From contig DUOO01000056.1 in the NCBI GenBank assembly GCA_012838795.1, positions 84,119 through 148,118 of the forward strand: a DNA stretch of 64,000 nt, read 5' to 3'. Positions 1-10,110 of this stretch are shown here, in pieces (positions within the stretch are counted from its first letter, which is position 1; every line of letters begins with the position of its first letter). The stretch is from Clostridiaceae bacterium (lineage in GTDB: Bacteria; Bacillota; Clostridia; Saccharofermentanales; DTU023). The notes under the pieces were generated by a model. The model did not search any database, was not told the origin of the DNA, and saw only the letters and a list, made by a program, of their open reading frames with translations. The position numbers and the translations under genes are program-made.

Positions 1-583
1 GGAGATCAATAATCCGATATATATTGTTGATATCTGCTTCAGGTAAAACAGCGGTAAGTTCATCAAATATGATTGTTTTAGCATCTAAAGCCAAGGCTCT
101 TGCTAATTGAATAATTTGCTTGTCCGCTGTACGTAAACTTTTTACGGGAACATTGTAATTTACATCGCTGCCTAAAAATTCGAATAATTTTTTTGCTCTT
201 GCTTCTAGAGCTTTCCAATCAACAAAAGGACCTTTTTTAGAATAATGACCTACATAGATATTCTCTATGCCGGTCATTTCCGGCATTAGTTGAAATTCCT
301 GGTGGACTATACCGATATGCCTGTTTTGGGCTTCACGTACATTATATTCTTTTAAGTTGATTTTTTCGCCCTCTACAGTAAGCTCACCTTCATTCATAAT
401 ATATTCGCCGGAAATACATTTGACCAACGTAGATTTACCTGCGCCGTTTTCACCTACTAATGCATGTACTTCTCCCGGGTAGACCGTAAAACTGACTTGA
501 TCAAGTGCAACTGTTGCAGGAAAAAGTTTTGTACAGTCTTTCAGCTCAATCAGAGGAGATCCTGATTTTGTTTCTTTTGTCAT
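1..583 (-). CDS. Sugar (CUT2, RbsA/MglA-type) ABC transporter ATP-binding protein, N-terminal part; the 3' end lies beyond the window edge
   Basis: Absent from the ORF track because it runs off the edge. My reverse translation from ATG 583..581 gives MTKETKSGSPLIELKDCTKLFPATVALDQVSFTVYPGEVHALVGENGAGKSTLVKCISGEY... with Walker A GENGAGKST. It starts 16 nt after the stop of the 599..2809 gene. Confidence 0.85.
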   Translation of the reverse strand, partial: MTKETKSGSPLIELKDCTKLFPATVALDQVSFTVYPGEVHALVGENGAGKSTLVKCISGEYIMNEGELTVEGEKINLKEYNVREAQNRHIGIVHQEFQLMPEMTGIENIYVGHYSKKGPFVDWKALEARAKKLFEFLGSDVNYNVPVKSLRTADKQIIQLARALALDAKTIIFDELTAVLPEADINNIYRIIDL

Positions 584-598
584 GTTCTCACCTTCTTG

Positions 599-2809
599 TT
601 ATTTACTGTTGTCCAGCCATAACCATCCCAGAGCTTCTATACCTGAACAAATAATTGCTTCATCTTTGTTCTCAGGGTATTTAATATTGTTAATCAGCCT
701 CTTTACTTCATGATAAGGGATCATGCAGCTTTTTACACCGGTTGCAGAAACCGGATTAATGTCAAAGAACATTTCTTTAACAATATCGAAATCTCGCTCA
801 TTGAAGAAAAGTATTTCATCCAATAAAGCTGCTTTATCTTCTTCCGGTGCATTATCATATTCGATCGAAGCAAGCATCATTTCATAAATTATACGACTTC
901 TGCGGTAGCTGTTTTCAATTTTCTTAAAATGTAAAGCATAATGTTTCAGTTTAGGATTTGAACTCAAAGCATGAATCATCTTCTGAATCTTCGCTAAAAT
1001 TGCAGGATGATCAGCTATCGCCTGTTCTATAGTCGGAATATCCGATTTGTTTACAATATTTGATTGGAACGGGAATGGGGTGGTGTAAAGTTTCATTTGA
1101 CTTTCATGAATTGTCAAAATACTTCTTAATACATTAAGAATCTCTCTGCCCAGATTTTCACCAAACTCCGCTTTACAGGCATTTTCGAAAAAGTCGTCGT
1201 TCGGCATGGTCGAACCCCAACCGTAATTGCCATGGGCCCATTGATGTAAGAAATAACCAAACCATTCAAACATATATCCGTTGATGCCATGTACTTTTTC
1301 TCTGATTGAACCTTTATGTTGTTCAATATCTCTTTCAATTACCTGAACATTAGCTTCATCTTCATAACGTAAAACATTTGATTCGAATATTCGATACAGA
1401 CGTCCCATCGTAGAGGTAATTGAATTTGATTCGGTATCTCTTGCCCAAATTCTGTCTTTGCCGAAAGCGTCTATCCATTTTGTAAATTCTGTTTCGGGAA
1501 CATATAAGCCCGGTGCCCAGAACAGCACTACATCATCTCTTACGCTGTCAACACATTCCTGTAAAAATGCGGGATCTTTTTCCAGCGGAGGTTGTCTGAA
1601 AGCTCTGATTCCGACAACAACTTCAGGATTGATTTTTCGTACTGCTTCATAAATTTGATCAAGCAACCAAAAATTCGCTTTATGTTTCGCTTCTCCCGGA
1701 GTAGAAGAAACTGAATGCCATTTTTCTTTACATTTATCACATTCACAGAACCAGAATCCCTCTTCGCTTTCTTCCAAAGCGAAACCGTCAAAACCCAGTT
1801 CTGTAATTTTTTCCATGCTTCTTACAATATAAGCGGCATTCTTCGGATCGGATAAGCATATTGAATCAAAGTCATTGAGGAAATCACTACCCGCAGGCGG
1901 AACCATCCGTTTTTCCGGATATACGATACTGTATCCGCCATTATATGAATTCAAACCAACATATGCGACAATTTTAACACCTAATTCATGTGCTAAATCA
2001 ATGAACTTCGGCAGGAAATTGTCTTCTATATTGGGATGCGTATATTTCATCTTAATAAAACGCTCATTTTCAGCATTCCAGATTTCGATCGGAATATCTT
2101 TATAAATTGTTTCAGGATATTCATCAAATTCAAATGGCCAATAACCATACATAACCATGTTAAACTGATTAATCTTTTGATCTACACATTGATAAAGGTA
2201 TTCTGCCCATTCATCATAGCCCCACAGTTGCATATCAAATCCCAAACGACCATAACCGGAATACCAGCTGAAAGTCGGAGCTACGGCTCGAACTTCTACA
2301 GACGGATAATCAATAATTTCACATGCCGGCAAAACATATTCCGCAGTATTTATATCCGCATTCAATTGTTGCAATTTTTTATAACCGGCCCGATCTATCT
2401 CAAGATCAATATATTCGTCAAAAACACCTGTTCCTGAAAGATATGCGGCAATCATTTTTTTCAGAGTAGTCAGTCCGTATAAGAAACCGACTTGAGTTTG
2501 ATAACTTAAAGTTATTTTCGTTTCTTCAATCTTCAGACGGTACCCTTGTTTTCGGTATAGTTCTGAATAATCCGGTTCTACATCTTGATCGGATAAGTCT
2601 GCAACGCAATCTACAGCCAAAACATTCGCTGGATTATCTGCCTCTAATGAAATAATTTCCGGATAATCCCAAAAACGTATTTTCGCCAATTCATCTGCTT
2701 TTGATTGGGTTAATTCATCTTGTTCATATAGATTGAGTTTTAATTTATTAAACTTAGCAGGATTGCCAGATTTATAATTAATACTTTTTACTTCTGGAAA
2801 GATATTCAT
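599..2809 (-). CDS. Cytoplasmic glycoside-hydrolase-like protein (GH20-type N-terminal domain plus TIM barrel, DUF4838-like)
   Basis: 736-aa ORF with SD AAGGAG upstream. YRLKIEETKITL...GFLYGLTTLKKMI followed by IIDYPSVEVRAV resembles the GH20b domain and barrel entry. A CECDKCKEKW motif occurs as in DUF4838-type proteins. No signal peptide. Family assignment is from memory and by eye. Confidence 0.5.
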   Translation of the reverse strand: MNIFPEVKSINYKSGNPAKFNKLKLNLYEQDELTQSKADELAKIRFWDYPEIISLEADNPANVLAVDCVADLSDQDVEPDYSELYRKQGYRLKIEETKITLSYQTQVGFLYGLTTLKKMIAAYLSGTGVFDEYIDLEIDRAGYKKLQQLNADINTAEYVLPACEIIDYPSVEVRAVAPTFSWYSGYGRLGFDMQLWGYDEWAEYLYQCVDQKINQFNMVMYGYWPFEFDEYPETIYKDIPIEIWNAENERFIKMKYTHPNIEDNFLPKFIDLAHELGVKIVAYVGLNSYNGGYSIVYPEKRMVPPAGSDFLNDFDSICLSDPKNAAYIVRSMEKITELGFDGFALEESEEGFWFCECDKCKEKWHSVSSTPGEAKHKANFWLLDQIYEAVRKINPEVVVGIRAFRQPPLEKDPAFLQECVDSVRDDVVLFWAPGLYVPETEFTKWIDAFGKDRIWARDTESNSITSTMGRLYRIFESNVLRYEDEANVQVIERDIEQHKGSIREKVHGINGYMFEWFGYFLHQWAHGNYGWGSTMPNDDFFENACKAEFGENLGREILNVLRSILTIHESQMKLYTTPFPFQSNIVNKSDIPTIEQAIADHPAILAKIQKMIHALSSNPKLKHYALHFKKIENSYRRSRIIYEMMLASIEYDNAPEEDKAALLDEILFFNERDFDIVKEMFFDINPVSATGVKSCMIPYHEVKRLINNIKYPENKDEAIICSGIEALGWLWLDNSK

Positions 2810-2827
2810 TTTTTCTCCTTAAATTTT

Positions 2828-3793
2828 TTATTCTTTTTTAGATCTAGAATCAATTAATACAACAACTATTAAAATTAAGCCTTTGACTACCCATTGCAAA
2901 TAGGTGTTTACGCCCAGGATAACCATAATATTAGATATTACTTGCAAGAATAATGTACCGATAACAACTCCTACCACACGACCTTTACCGCCTGACAGAG
3001 ATGTTCCTCCCAGTACACAAATTGTCATTACATCAAATAAAATATTATCACCTAAAGTTACATTGCCGGATAAGGTTCTTGATGTTAAACCCAAAGCACC
3101 GATTGCAGATAAAATCGCACAAATGACAAAAGCCAAAATTATTACAAATTTTATATTGATACCTGATAGCTTTGAAGCTTCGCTATTTCCGCCCACTGCA
3201 TAAAAAGATCTGCCTACCGCTGTATGCTCCGAAAATATATAAAGGATGATTGCTACTGCAACCATCAGTATTAAGGCATACGGAACCACACCTAACTTTC
3301 CTAATGCCAAATCTCCAAAACTGCTGGGCAAACCGGAAATCGGTAACCCGCCGGAATATATATAACTCAGGCCTTTCAGTATGTTCATCACAACCAGAGT
3401 TGCGATAAAAGAGGGAACTTTTCCATATACTACCAACAGCCCATTGATTATTCCGATAAAAATTGACATGAACAATACAATGAGAAAAGCCGGTCCCATC
3501 GGTATTCCGTTGTTTACCACAAAACCGGCAAAAAATATCGACACTATATTTATCGTAGAAGTAATTGACATATCCATATGTCCGACCAGAATAACAAAGA
3601 ACTCACCCATGGCAATAATAGCCACAAAAGATGCCTGTCTTAAGATATTCATTATATTTGTGGTAGTTCTGAAATTAGGATTTAAACAGGATAATGCAAA
3701 AAGAATTATAAATAGAAATACTATCATCCAATCATTCAAAAATGTTTTTAAACGTAGTCCGGAATTTATCGACTTTTGTTTAGAATTACTCAT
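2828..3793 (-). CDS. Sugar ABC transporter permease (RbsC/CUT2 family)
   Basis: 321-aa polytopic hydrophobic ORF of typical RbsC-like length and sequence style ([14 protein letters not shown] motif). SD GAGGAAAG. Confidence 0.85.
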   Translation of the reverse strand: MSNSKQKSINSGLRLKTFLNDWMIVFLFIILFALSCLNPNFRTTTNIMNILRQASFVAIIAMGEFFVILVGHMDMSITSTINIVSIFFAGFVVNNGIPMGPAFLIVLFMSIFIGIINGLLVVYGKVPSFIATLVVMNILKGLSYIYSGGLPISGLPSSFGDLALGKLGVVPYALILMVAVAIILYIFSEHTAVGRSFYAVGGNSEASKLSGINIKFVIILAFVICAILSAIGALGLTSRTLSGNVTLGDNILFDVMTICVLGGTSLSGGKGRVVGVVIGTLFLQVISNIMVILGVNTYLQWVVKGLILIVVVLIDSRSKKE

Positions 3794-3842
3794 ATATCTT
3801 TCCTCATCGAATTGTTATTTGCACAAATTCTTTCTTTTATTT

Positions 3843-3880
3843 ATCTGACAAGTGTGATTTTCAGATCGCACTTGTCAGAT
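3843..3880 (-). promoter_or_regulatory. Intra-operon stem-loop after the binding-protein gene (12-bp perfect stem, 14-nt loop, no T-tract)
   Basis: ATCTGACAAGTG (3843-3854) pairs with CACTTGTCAGAT (3869-3880). It lies between the stop of 3913..5073 and the start of 2828..3793. Confidence 0.5.
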
Positions 3881-3912
3881 ATAATTTAAGTTAATTAGTT
3901 TCTCATTCAGAT

Positions 3913-5073
3913 CTATCCGATCCAAACCCAATCTTGCCAGCCGGACTCATCAATGTTTTCCGGTGTAATGGCTTCCGGTTGCGGTAGTTCGTAGACTTCA
4001 GGTAACTCTTCGCCAAGAACCAATGCTCTGTACATAGCGTCTGTCGCCTGATAACCTAAAACAACGGGATCTTGCAGAACTTCTGCCAACCATTGTTCAT
4101 TACCTTCTGATAGCCAGGTTAAAACGTCTTTGTCACCGGCAATACCGATGAATTTGATTTCATCTCTGCCATTAGCTACTGATGCATTGTAAGCACCGAC
4201 AACCAAAGCATCGTTGTGTCCGCATACTACATCGATTGTATCTTCTCTTTGTAAAATGTTTTCCATCAAAGTTTGTGCTGAGTCACGGTTCGCTGCGCCT
4301 GTATCACCTTCTTCAATAATCGTTGCATTAGGATATTTTGCCAATATTGTTTCTGCAAAGCCGTTGTAACGATCTTGAGTTACTTGACCCGAAGCCGGTG
4401 ATGTAATGAACAAGCAGACAGGATCATCTTTGCCCAATGTATCAAGGTAATCTACTGCAACTTCACCTGCTTTAACACCAAGAGCCTTCATATCATGACC
4501 GACAAATGTTGACCATACGATATCTTCTTCTGATGCAGGATCTTGCATATAGTCACCGATAACAAAAGGAATACCTTGTGAAGTATATTCTTTCATTAAA
4601 GGAATTGCTGAAGATGCATCTGCCGGGAACAAGATAATTCCGTTGGAGCCTGATGCAACAAGATTTTCAATGTTATTTAACATTGTCTGTACATCTGAGC
4701 TTGAATCTTCAAATGTAAATGTGAAGTTTACACCATTCGCCTCGCCATGATCATCCATCCAATTATGGCAACCTTCAATCGCTCCTTGGAACCAGGTATA
4801 AGCTGTTAATTCAAACAATGAAACACCGATCTTATAATCTTTTGTTTCAGCTGCAGGTTCTTCCGCTTTTTCTTCATCTTCTGCAGGTTCCTCAGCTTTT
4901 TCCTCTGCTTTTTCTTCTTTTTCTTCTTTTACATCTTCTTTTTCTTCTTTTGCAGGTTCTTCTGCTGATTTATCATCTTTTTTATCAGCGTCTTCCTTCT
5001 TGTCGCCACCGCATGCTACCAGACCGAAGATCATTACAGCAACCAGCAATAGTGTCAATATTCTCTTTTTCAT
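3913..5073 (-). CDS. Sugar ABC transporter substrate-binding lipoprotein with a long acidic K/E/A-rich linker
   Basis: 386 aa. Signal peptide plus lipobox LVACGG, then about 60 aa of KE-rich low complexity, then a periplasmic-binding-protein type I fold (RbsB-like). Confidence 0.85.
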   Translation of the reverse strand: MKKRILTLLLVAVMIFGLVACGGDKKEDADKKDDKSAEEPAKEEKEDVKEEKEEKAEEKAEEPAEDEEKAEEPAAETKDYKIGVSLFELTAYTWFQGAIEGCHNWMDDHGEANGVNFTFTFEDSSSDVQTMLNNIENLVASGSNGIILFPADASSAIPLMKEYTSQGIPFVIGDYMQDPASEEDIVWSTFVGHDMKALGVKAGEVAVDYLDTLGKDDPVCLFITSPASGQVTQDRYNGFAETILAKYPNATIIEEGDTGAANRDSAQTLMENILQREDTIDVVCGHNDALVVGAYNASVANGRDEIKFIGIAGDKDVLTWLSEGNEQWLAEVLQDPVVLGYQATDAMYRALVLGEELPEVYELPQPEAITPENIDESGWQDWVWIG

Positions 5074-5135
5074 ACTATTCCTTTCTTTTAATGCTATTTC
5101 ATTTTCTAAAACAGCATCTGCAATATTTCTAAATT

Positions 5136-5157
5136 TTCCCGAAAAAGATTTCGGGAA
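5136..5157 (-). promoter_or_regulatory. Small intra-operon hairpin between the two binding-protein genes
   Basis: TTCCCGAAA (5136-5144) pairs with TTTCGGGAA (5149-5157). Only a weak T-run on the minus strand, so it is not called a terminator. Confidence 0.35.
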
Positions 5158-5200
5158 TTTTCAGCACTGATTTTTCCTGAAACAATTGATAACTATACAA

Positions 5201-6220
5201 TTAATCATAAAGTAACGGTGCTATTTCCGGATCATCCATATTGGAAGCATCATAGTAATAACAACCGGTGTCAATCATTTCCTCTACAGGTTCACCTTTG
5301 TATAGTTTGTACGCTATTTCAACTGCTAAATAACCCATGCTGACCGGGTCTTGAGTAATAGCTCCCTCTATTTCCCCATTACGTATTGCTTCTTTCATTG
5401 CTGCAGAAGAATCAAAACCGATCAATTTTACTTTGTCCAGTAAACCTGCTTCTTTCAAACCGTTGTAAGTTCCTACGCAAGCTCCTTCATTAGATGTATA
5501 GATTAACTCTATATCGGAATTTGCTTGCATCATACCTTTTGCTACATCTGCTGATTTCAAGTGATCTCCATCGCCGTATTGAATATCAACAATTTCAAGA
5601 TCCGGGTAGTCTTTTTCAACAGTTTCGACAAAACCGTCTACTCTGGCAACTGCATCAACTACAGTCTGTGAATGTCCGACAATCCCTATTTTCCCTTTTC
5701 CGTCTAAAAGACGATTCGCATTCTCTGCCGCTAAAACACCTGCAGCATAACTATCAGTAGTAGCTGTTGCATCTGCTAAATCACCAACACCTGAATCGAA
5801 ACCTACAACATGTACCCCATCTGCTTTTGCTTCATCAAGAATCGGACGTAATGCTTCAATATCAATTGCGGCAACACAAATTGCAACCGGTTTTTTAGCT
5901 AATGCCGTTTTTACCATATCTACCTGCTTATCAACCATTGTTTCTTCTTCAGGTCCTTCAAAAGTGATTGTTACACCGTATTTTTCTGCGGCTTCCTCAC
6001 TTCCTGCTCTAACTGCCTGCCAGAACTGATGACCATATCCCAACGCAACAACCGGAATATAAATCTCCTCATCAGAATCACTTTCTTCTGCTTTTTCTTC
6101 TGCTTTTTCTTCTTTACTCTCATCATCTTTGGGAGTATCTTCATCTTTCTTGCTTCCGCAACCGACAATACTGAAAACCATTGCGAAAACGACCAACAAC
6201 GAAATGATTAATCTTTTCAT
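5201..6220 (-). CDS. Sugar ABC transporter substrate-binding lipoprotein (RbsB-like) with an acidic linker
   Basis: 339 aa. Lipobox IVGCGS, a KE/D-rich linker, then a PBP type I domain. SD AGGAGGAAG. Confidence 0.85.
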   Translation of the reverse strand: MKRLIISLLVVFAMVFSIVGCGSKKDEDTPKDDESKEEKAEEKAEESDSDEEIYIPVVALGYGHQFWQAVRAGSEEAAEKYGVTITFEGPEEETMVDKQVDMVKTALAKKPVAICVAAIDIEALRPILDEAKADGVHVVGFDSGVGDLADATATTDSYAAGVLAAENANRLLDGKGKIGIVGHSQTVVDAVARVDGFVETVEKDYPDLEIVDIQYGDGDHLKSADVAKGMMQANSDIELIYTSNEGACVGTYNGLKEAGLLDKVKLIGFDSSAAMKEAIRNGEIEGAITQDPVSMGYLAVEIAYKLYKGEPVEEMIDTGCYYYDASNMDDPEIAPLLYD

Positions 6221-6308
6221 TTTTCTTCCTCCTATTTATCATTTAATATTTACAGATATTATTTAATATCTTTAGCCATAAACTGAATCTCTAAGTCTAT
6301 TATGTAAT

Positions 6309-7292
6309 CTAGCCCTGTGCTTTTTTGTTTTGTAACTGATCAATAAATAAAGCCAATGCCAAAACTATGCCAATCAATACTGTTTGCCATTCAGTAGCAA
6401 CAGCCATTGAACGCAAACCGTTCGTCAAGGTTGAAACTATAAAAGCTCCGATTACCGAACCCCATATACTTGCCAAACCGCCACTCATTGAAGTTCCTCC
6501 GATTACAGTCGCAGCAATGGCTTCTGTTTCATAACCGGCACCTAATTGAGGTTGTGCCGAATTTAATCTGGAACTCATTACTAAACCTGCAATTGCACTA
6601 AATAAACCGCAAATAATATATACGGCTATTTTCCAGCGATCTGTCCGAACCCCGGATAATCTGGTCGCATTTTCATTACTGCCGATAGATTTCGCATATC
6701 TGCCGATAATCGTTCTGTGATATATAAAAGCTGCTAAACAAGCACATAAAAAGTAAATAAATATGGCATTATAAAATCCCGGTATGCCTAAAAAGTCCCC
6801 GGTGGCAATTTTTTGATAATTTTTTGCTTCAGTGAAATAAACAGGTTTAATTCCCGGAATAATCAGATTCAAACCTTTAGTAATCATCATCATACACATT
6901 GTTGCGATAAATGGAGGCAAGTGCATTTTAGTAACTGCAAAACCATTTATCAGACCGCAAAATGCTCCCGATAATAATCCGATAATAATACAAACACCAA
7001 TCGGTAAATTGGTTTTGTTGAAAATTATACCGGAAATAATTCCGGAAAATGTCATCACTGTACCGATTGATAAATCGATGCCTCCTGTTAAAATGACAAA
7101 AGTTACTCCTAACGACAGTATTCCGTTAATACAAGTAGCTAATGTTATCGTCATAATATTTTCATAACTGGCGAAAGATGCATTTTGCAAAGTAAAAAAC
7201 AAGAAAATAATCAACAATGCTCCCAAAAGAATTATTTTCTGTCTGACTGATCTTTTTTGTAAAATATTAGCTTTCATCTTATGATTTACCAA
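6309..7292 (-). CDS. Sugar ABC transporter permease (RbsC/CUT2 family)
   Basis: 327-aa polytopic ORF with GGTSMSGG motif. The start is either TTG 7292 or ATG 7277; this is unresolved. Confidence 0.85.
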   Translation of the reverse strand: MVNHKMKANILQKRSVRQKIILLGALLIIFLFFTLQNASFASYENIMTITLATCINGILSLGVTFVILTGGIDLSIGTVMTFSGIISGIIFNKTNLPIGVCIIIGLLSGAFCGLINGFAVTKMHLPPFIATMCMMMITKGLNLIIPGIKPVYFTEAKNYQKIATGDFLGIPGFYNAIFIYFLCACLAAFIYHRTIIGRYAKSIGSNENATRLSGVRTDRWKIAVYIICGLFSAIAGLVMSSRLNSAQPQLGAGYETEAIAATVIGGTSMSGGLASIWGSVIGAFIVSTLTNGLRSMAVATEWQTVLIGIVLALALFIDQLQNKKAQG

Positions 7293-7296
7293 CTTT

Positions 7297-8799
7297 CTAA
7301 TTAGCCCTGTTGACAGCTAATGACATTATTTTTTCCTGAGAAATATCTTTGCTGTCCAATTCTCCGGTTATCCGTCCTTCAGCCATAACTAAGACTCTAT
7401 TGCATAAGCGCATTATTTCTTGCATTTCTGATGAAATCACTATTATTGCATTGCCGTCCTTCGCAAGTTCTTGCACCAAATCATAAATTTGATCTTTCGC
7501 TCCGACATCAATTCCTCTTGTCGGTTCATCAAAAATTAAGATTTTTGCCCCGCTTGACAACCATTTGGCAACAACAACTTTTTGTTGGTTTCCACCGGAT
7601 AAATATTGTAATAATTGAGAAGGCGACGGTGTTCTGACATCTAACATTTCAATCATTTTTTCAGCATTTTTTATTTCTTTTTTTTCATTCAACAGAAAAC
7701 CTAAATCTAAAAAGTCTTTCAATTTCGGCAGACTGATATTTTCATAAATTGGCAAAGTCGTTATAACTCCTTCTGTTTTCCGATCTTCTGATAAATATGC
7801 AACACCGTTATTTACAGCATCATAAGGATTATTTATTTTAACTACTTGACCATTGACTTTAATTTCCCCGGAATCTTTTTGATCTGCTCCGAAAATTACT
7901 TTCATAGTTTCAGATCTGCCTGCACCGACTAAACCGGCAAAACCTACGATTTCTCCATATCTGATAGAAAAAGTGATATCTCTGACTAAATTTCCTGAAG
8001 TTAAATTAGTAACTGCTAAAGCAGTATCACCAAACTGGCTTTCATCAAATATCGGCGGTTTAATTTTTATTTCGCGACCGACCATCTTTTGAATTATCAT
8101 ATCTTCATTTGCTTGGTCTATCGGAAATGAATCAACCATTACCCCATCGCGCATTACAGAAACTCGATCCGCGATTTGGAATAATTCCTCCAATTTATGA
8201 GAAATATAGATAATTCCTTTGTTTTGTTTACGCAATCTTTTAATTACCGTAAAAAGGTCCTTTATTTCTTCATTAGTAAGAGATGCTGTCGGTTCATCCA
8301 TAATAATTATCTTTGAATCAGTGCTTAAAGCTTTGGCTATTTCGACCATTTGTTGTTTAGCAACAGTCAATTCACTGACTAAAATTTTAGGATCAATATC
8401 AATGCCTATTTCTGAACATATTTCTTTTGCTTTTTGATTGATTTTATTATCATTAAGATAAAACGGAGAACTATATTCGGACTCTTTACCGATAAAAATA
8501 TTCTGGGCAACTGTTAAATGATTTACTAAGTTCAATTCTTGATGAATCATAGAAATCCCTGCCTGCATAGATTCTCTGACACTGTTTAGCTTTTGTTTAT
8601 GACCGTCTACAAAAACTTCGCCGGAATCTTTTTGATATATTCCTGTAAGAATCTTCATTAAAGTTGATTTGCCCGCACCATTTTCACCGACTAAAGCATG
8701 AACTTCACCGGAACTTAATTCAAAAGAAACATTATCCAGCGCTTGCACACCGAAAAATGCTTTGCTAATATTTTTCATTTCCACTAAGTTCTTATCCAA
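7297..8799 (-). CDS. Sugar ABC transporter ATP-binding protein with duplicated NBDs (RbsA/MglA-type)
   Basis: Walker A GENGAGKST, LSGGNQQK signature, second NBD present. I place the start at TTG 8799..8797 (LDKNLVEMKNISKAF...), 7 nt after SD GGGAGG. The track's longer 535-aa N-terminus looks spurious. Confidence 0.9.
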   Translation of the reverse strand: MDKNLVEMKNISKAFFGVQALDNVSFELSSGEVHALVGENGAGKSTLMKILTGIYQKDSGEVFVDGHKQKLNSVRESMQAGISMIHQELNLVNHLTVAQNIFIGKESEYSSPFYLNDNKINQKAKEICSEIGIDIDPKILVSELTVAKQQMVEIAKALSTDSKIIIMDEPTASLTNEEIKDLFTVIKRLRKQNKGIIYISHKLEELFQIADRVSVMRDGVMVDSFPIDQANEDMIIQKMVGREIKIKPPIFDESQFGDTALAVTNLTSGNLVRDITFSIRYGEIVGFAGLVGAGRSETMKVIFGADQKDSGEIKVNGQVVKINNPYDAVNNGVAYLSEDRKTEGVITTLPIYENISLPKLKDFLDLGFLLNEKKEIKNAEKMIEMLDVRTPSPSQLLQYLSGGNQQKVVVAKWLSSGAKILIFDEPTRGIDVGAKDQIYDLVQELAKDGNAIIVISSEMQEIMRLCNRVLVMAEGRITGELDSKDISQEKIMSLAVNRAN

Positions 8800-8897
8800 A
8801 TTGCAAACCTCCCGGAATTCCAATAACAGAATGTCATTAACAGGATAAATGTGGATGGAAAATATGAAAAAACCATCCACATTAGAAAAATTAGCAG

Positions 8898-10079
8898 TTA
8901 ACAATCAATTTCATATATTGTGCCAACTTCAGGAGATAAGAGTTCAATCGTGTTTTCTCTGATTACTATCGGTTTTTCCCATCTGCAACCAAAATCCGAA
9001 CCGATGCCGAATGTATCAATTTGATATGTCATGCCTGCTTCTAAATTGAATGTTGAAATAGTCTCAATCCAAGGAGCTTCCACTTCAATCATACCTGTAC
9101 TGTGACATGGACCGTATACGTATACATCTTCTCTGCCGTTGTCTTTAAAGAATTTTTCGTATTCGATTGCCAATTCACTTGCCGGTAATCCTGCACCTTG
9201 CGACATCTTATCTGTAGTCCATCTATGTGCCTCTAAGAGGAACTCAACGATTTCTCTTTTTTCACCGGTCAAGGGGCCCATAGAAATGGGTAAGCCGATT
9301 GCGGAACTATAACCGTCAATCTTTGCCGAGAAATTCAGTTGAACCAGATCGCCTTTTTGAATTTTATCATAACCTGATCGTGAAATAGCATGTTGTGTGC
9401 TCTTTTGGCTAAAGCAATAAATCGGCAGACCTTCTGCTTCTGCACCTTCACGGTAAAATACGCTATGTGCAATTCCAACTAATTGTAATTCTGTCATTCC
9501 AGGTTTAATCGCCTCAATAACTTCTTTAATTGCTATATCAGAAATTCTTGCCCCTTCTCTTAAACACGCAATTTCATTTTCTGATTTGATTTGGCGTAAT
9601 GAAACCATAATATCTGATGCATCAACAATTTCTGCATTTGGATAAGCTTTGGTCAGGCCTTCATACATAACCATCGTTGTATCAATCGGTGAAGCAAGTC
9701 CTATTTTGATTTTAGATTCATTCACTCCAAGATGTTTAAATACATCTACATAAGTTTGCATTTTGTCAGCCAGATGCGGATATTGAGGATTTGCACTTTC
9801 AATATATTCCCGCATCATAAAAATATCTTTGATTACAGCCTTATCTGCAGCAAAAATCGGAGATTCAGGTCCAACCATTAAAGCTGTATCTCCATCTTGG
9901 TTAATTGCTACACCGGATCTTTCAAATACCGGCCAAAATGCACTGAAATATCTTGGATTTGCATAATCTGATTCAGTACCGTTTACGACCAATACATCCA
10001 ATCCTTTTTCTTTAATCAACTTCCCTGCTTTAAGTGCTCTTTCCCTATACTCTGATTTTGGAATCATTACTCTTGACAT
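8898..10079 (-). CDS. M24-family (Xaa-Pro aminopeptidase/creatinase fold) protein, first gene of the operon
   Basis: 393 aa. Creatinase-type N-domain plus pita-bread C-domain (GDLVQLNFSAKIDGYSSAIG..., CHSTGMIEVEAP). SD AGGAGG. The metal ligands look incomplete (see findings). Confidence 0.75.
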   Translation of the reverse strand: MSRVMIPKSEYRERALKAGKLIKEKGLDVLVVNGTESDYANPRYFSAFWPVFERSGVAINQDGDTALMVGPESPIFAADKAVIKDIFMMREYIESANPQYPHLADKMQTYVDVFKHLGVNESKIKIGLASPIDTTMVMYEGLTKAYPNAEIVDASDIMVSLRQIKSENEIACLREGARISDIAIKEVIEAIKPGMTELQLVGIAHSVFYREGAEAEGLPIYCFSQKSTQHAISRSGYDKIQKGDLVQLNFSAKIDGYSSAIGLPISMGPLTGEKREIVEFLLEAHRWTTDKMSQGAGLPASELAIEYEKFFKDNGREDVYVYGPCHSTGMIEVEAPWIETISTFNLEAGMTYQIDTFGIGSDFGCRWEKPIVIRENTIELLSPEVGTIYEIDC

Positions 10080-10110
10080 AAAATCCTCCTATTAATCTAT
10101 TTTTATCTTT

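Noticed and set aside
4818-6211. Plus-strand ORFs 4818..5132, 5494..5760 and 6029..6211, and minus-strand ORF 5971..6168.
   Set aside because: They are antisense or alternative-frame readings of the K/E-rich linker regions of the two binding-protein genes.
8800-8904. N-terminal 35 residues of the track's 535-aa ABC ATPase ORF.
   Set aside because: The hydrophobic junk sequence overlaps the upstream gene's end. A TTG at 8799 with a strong GGGAGG SD gives the canonical RbsA-like N-terminus.
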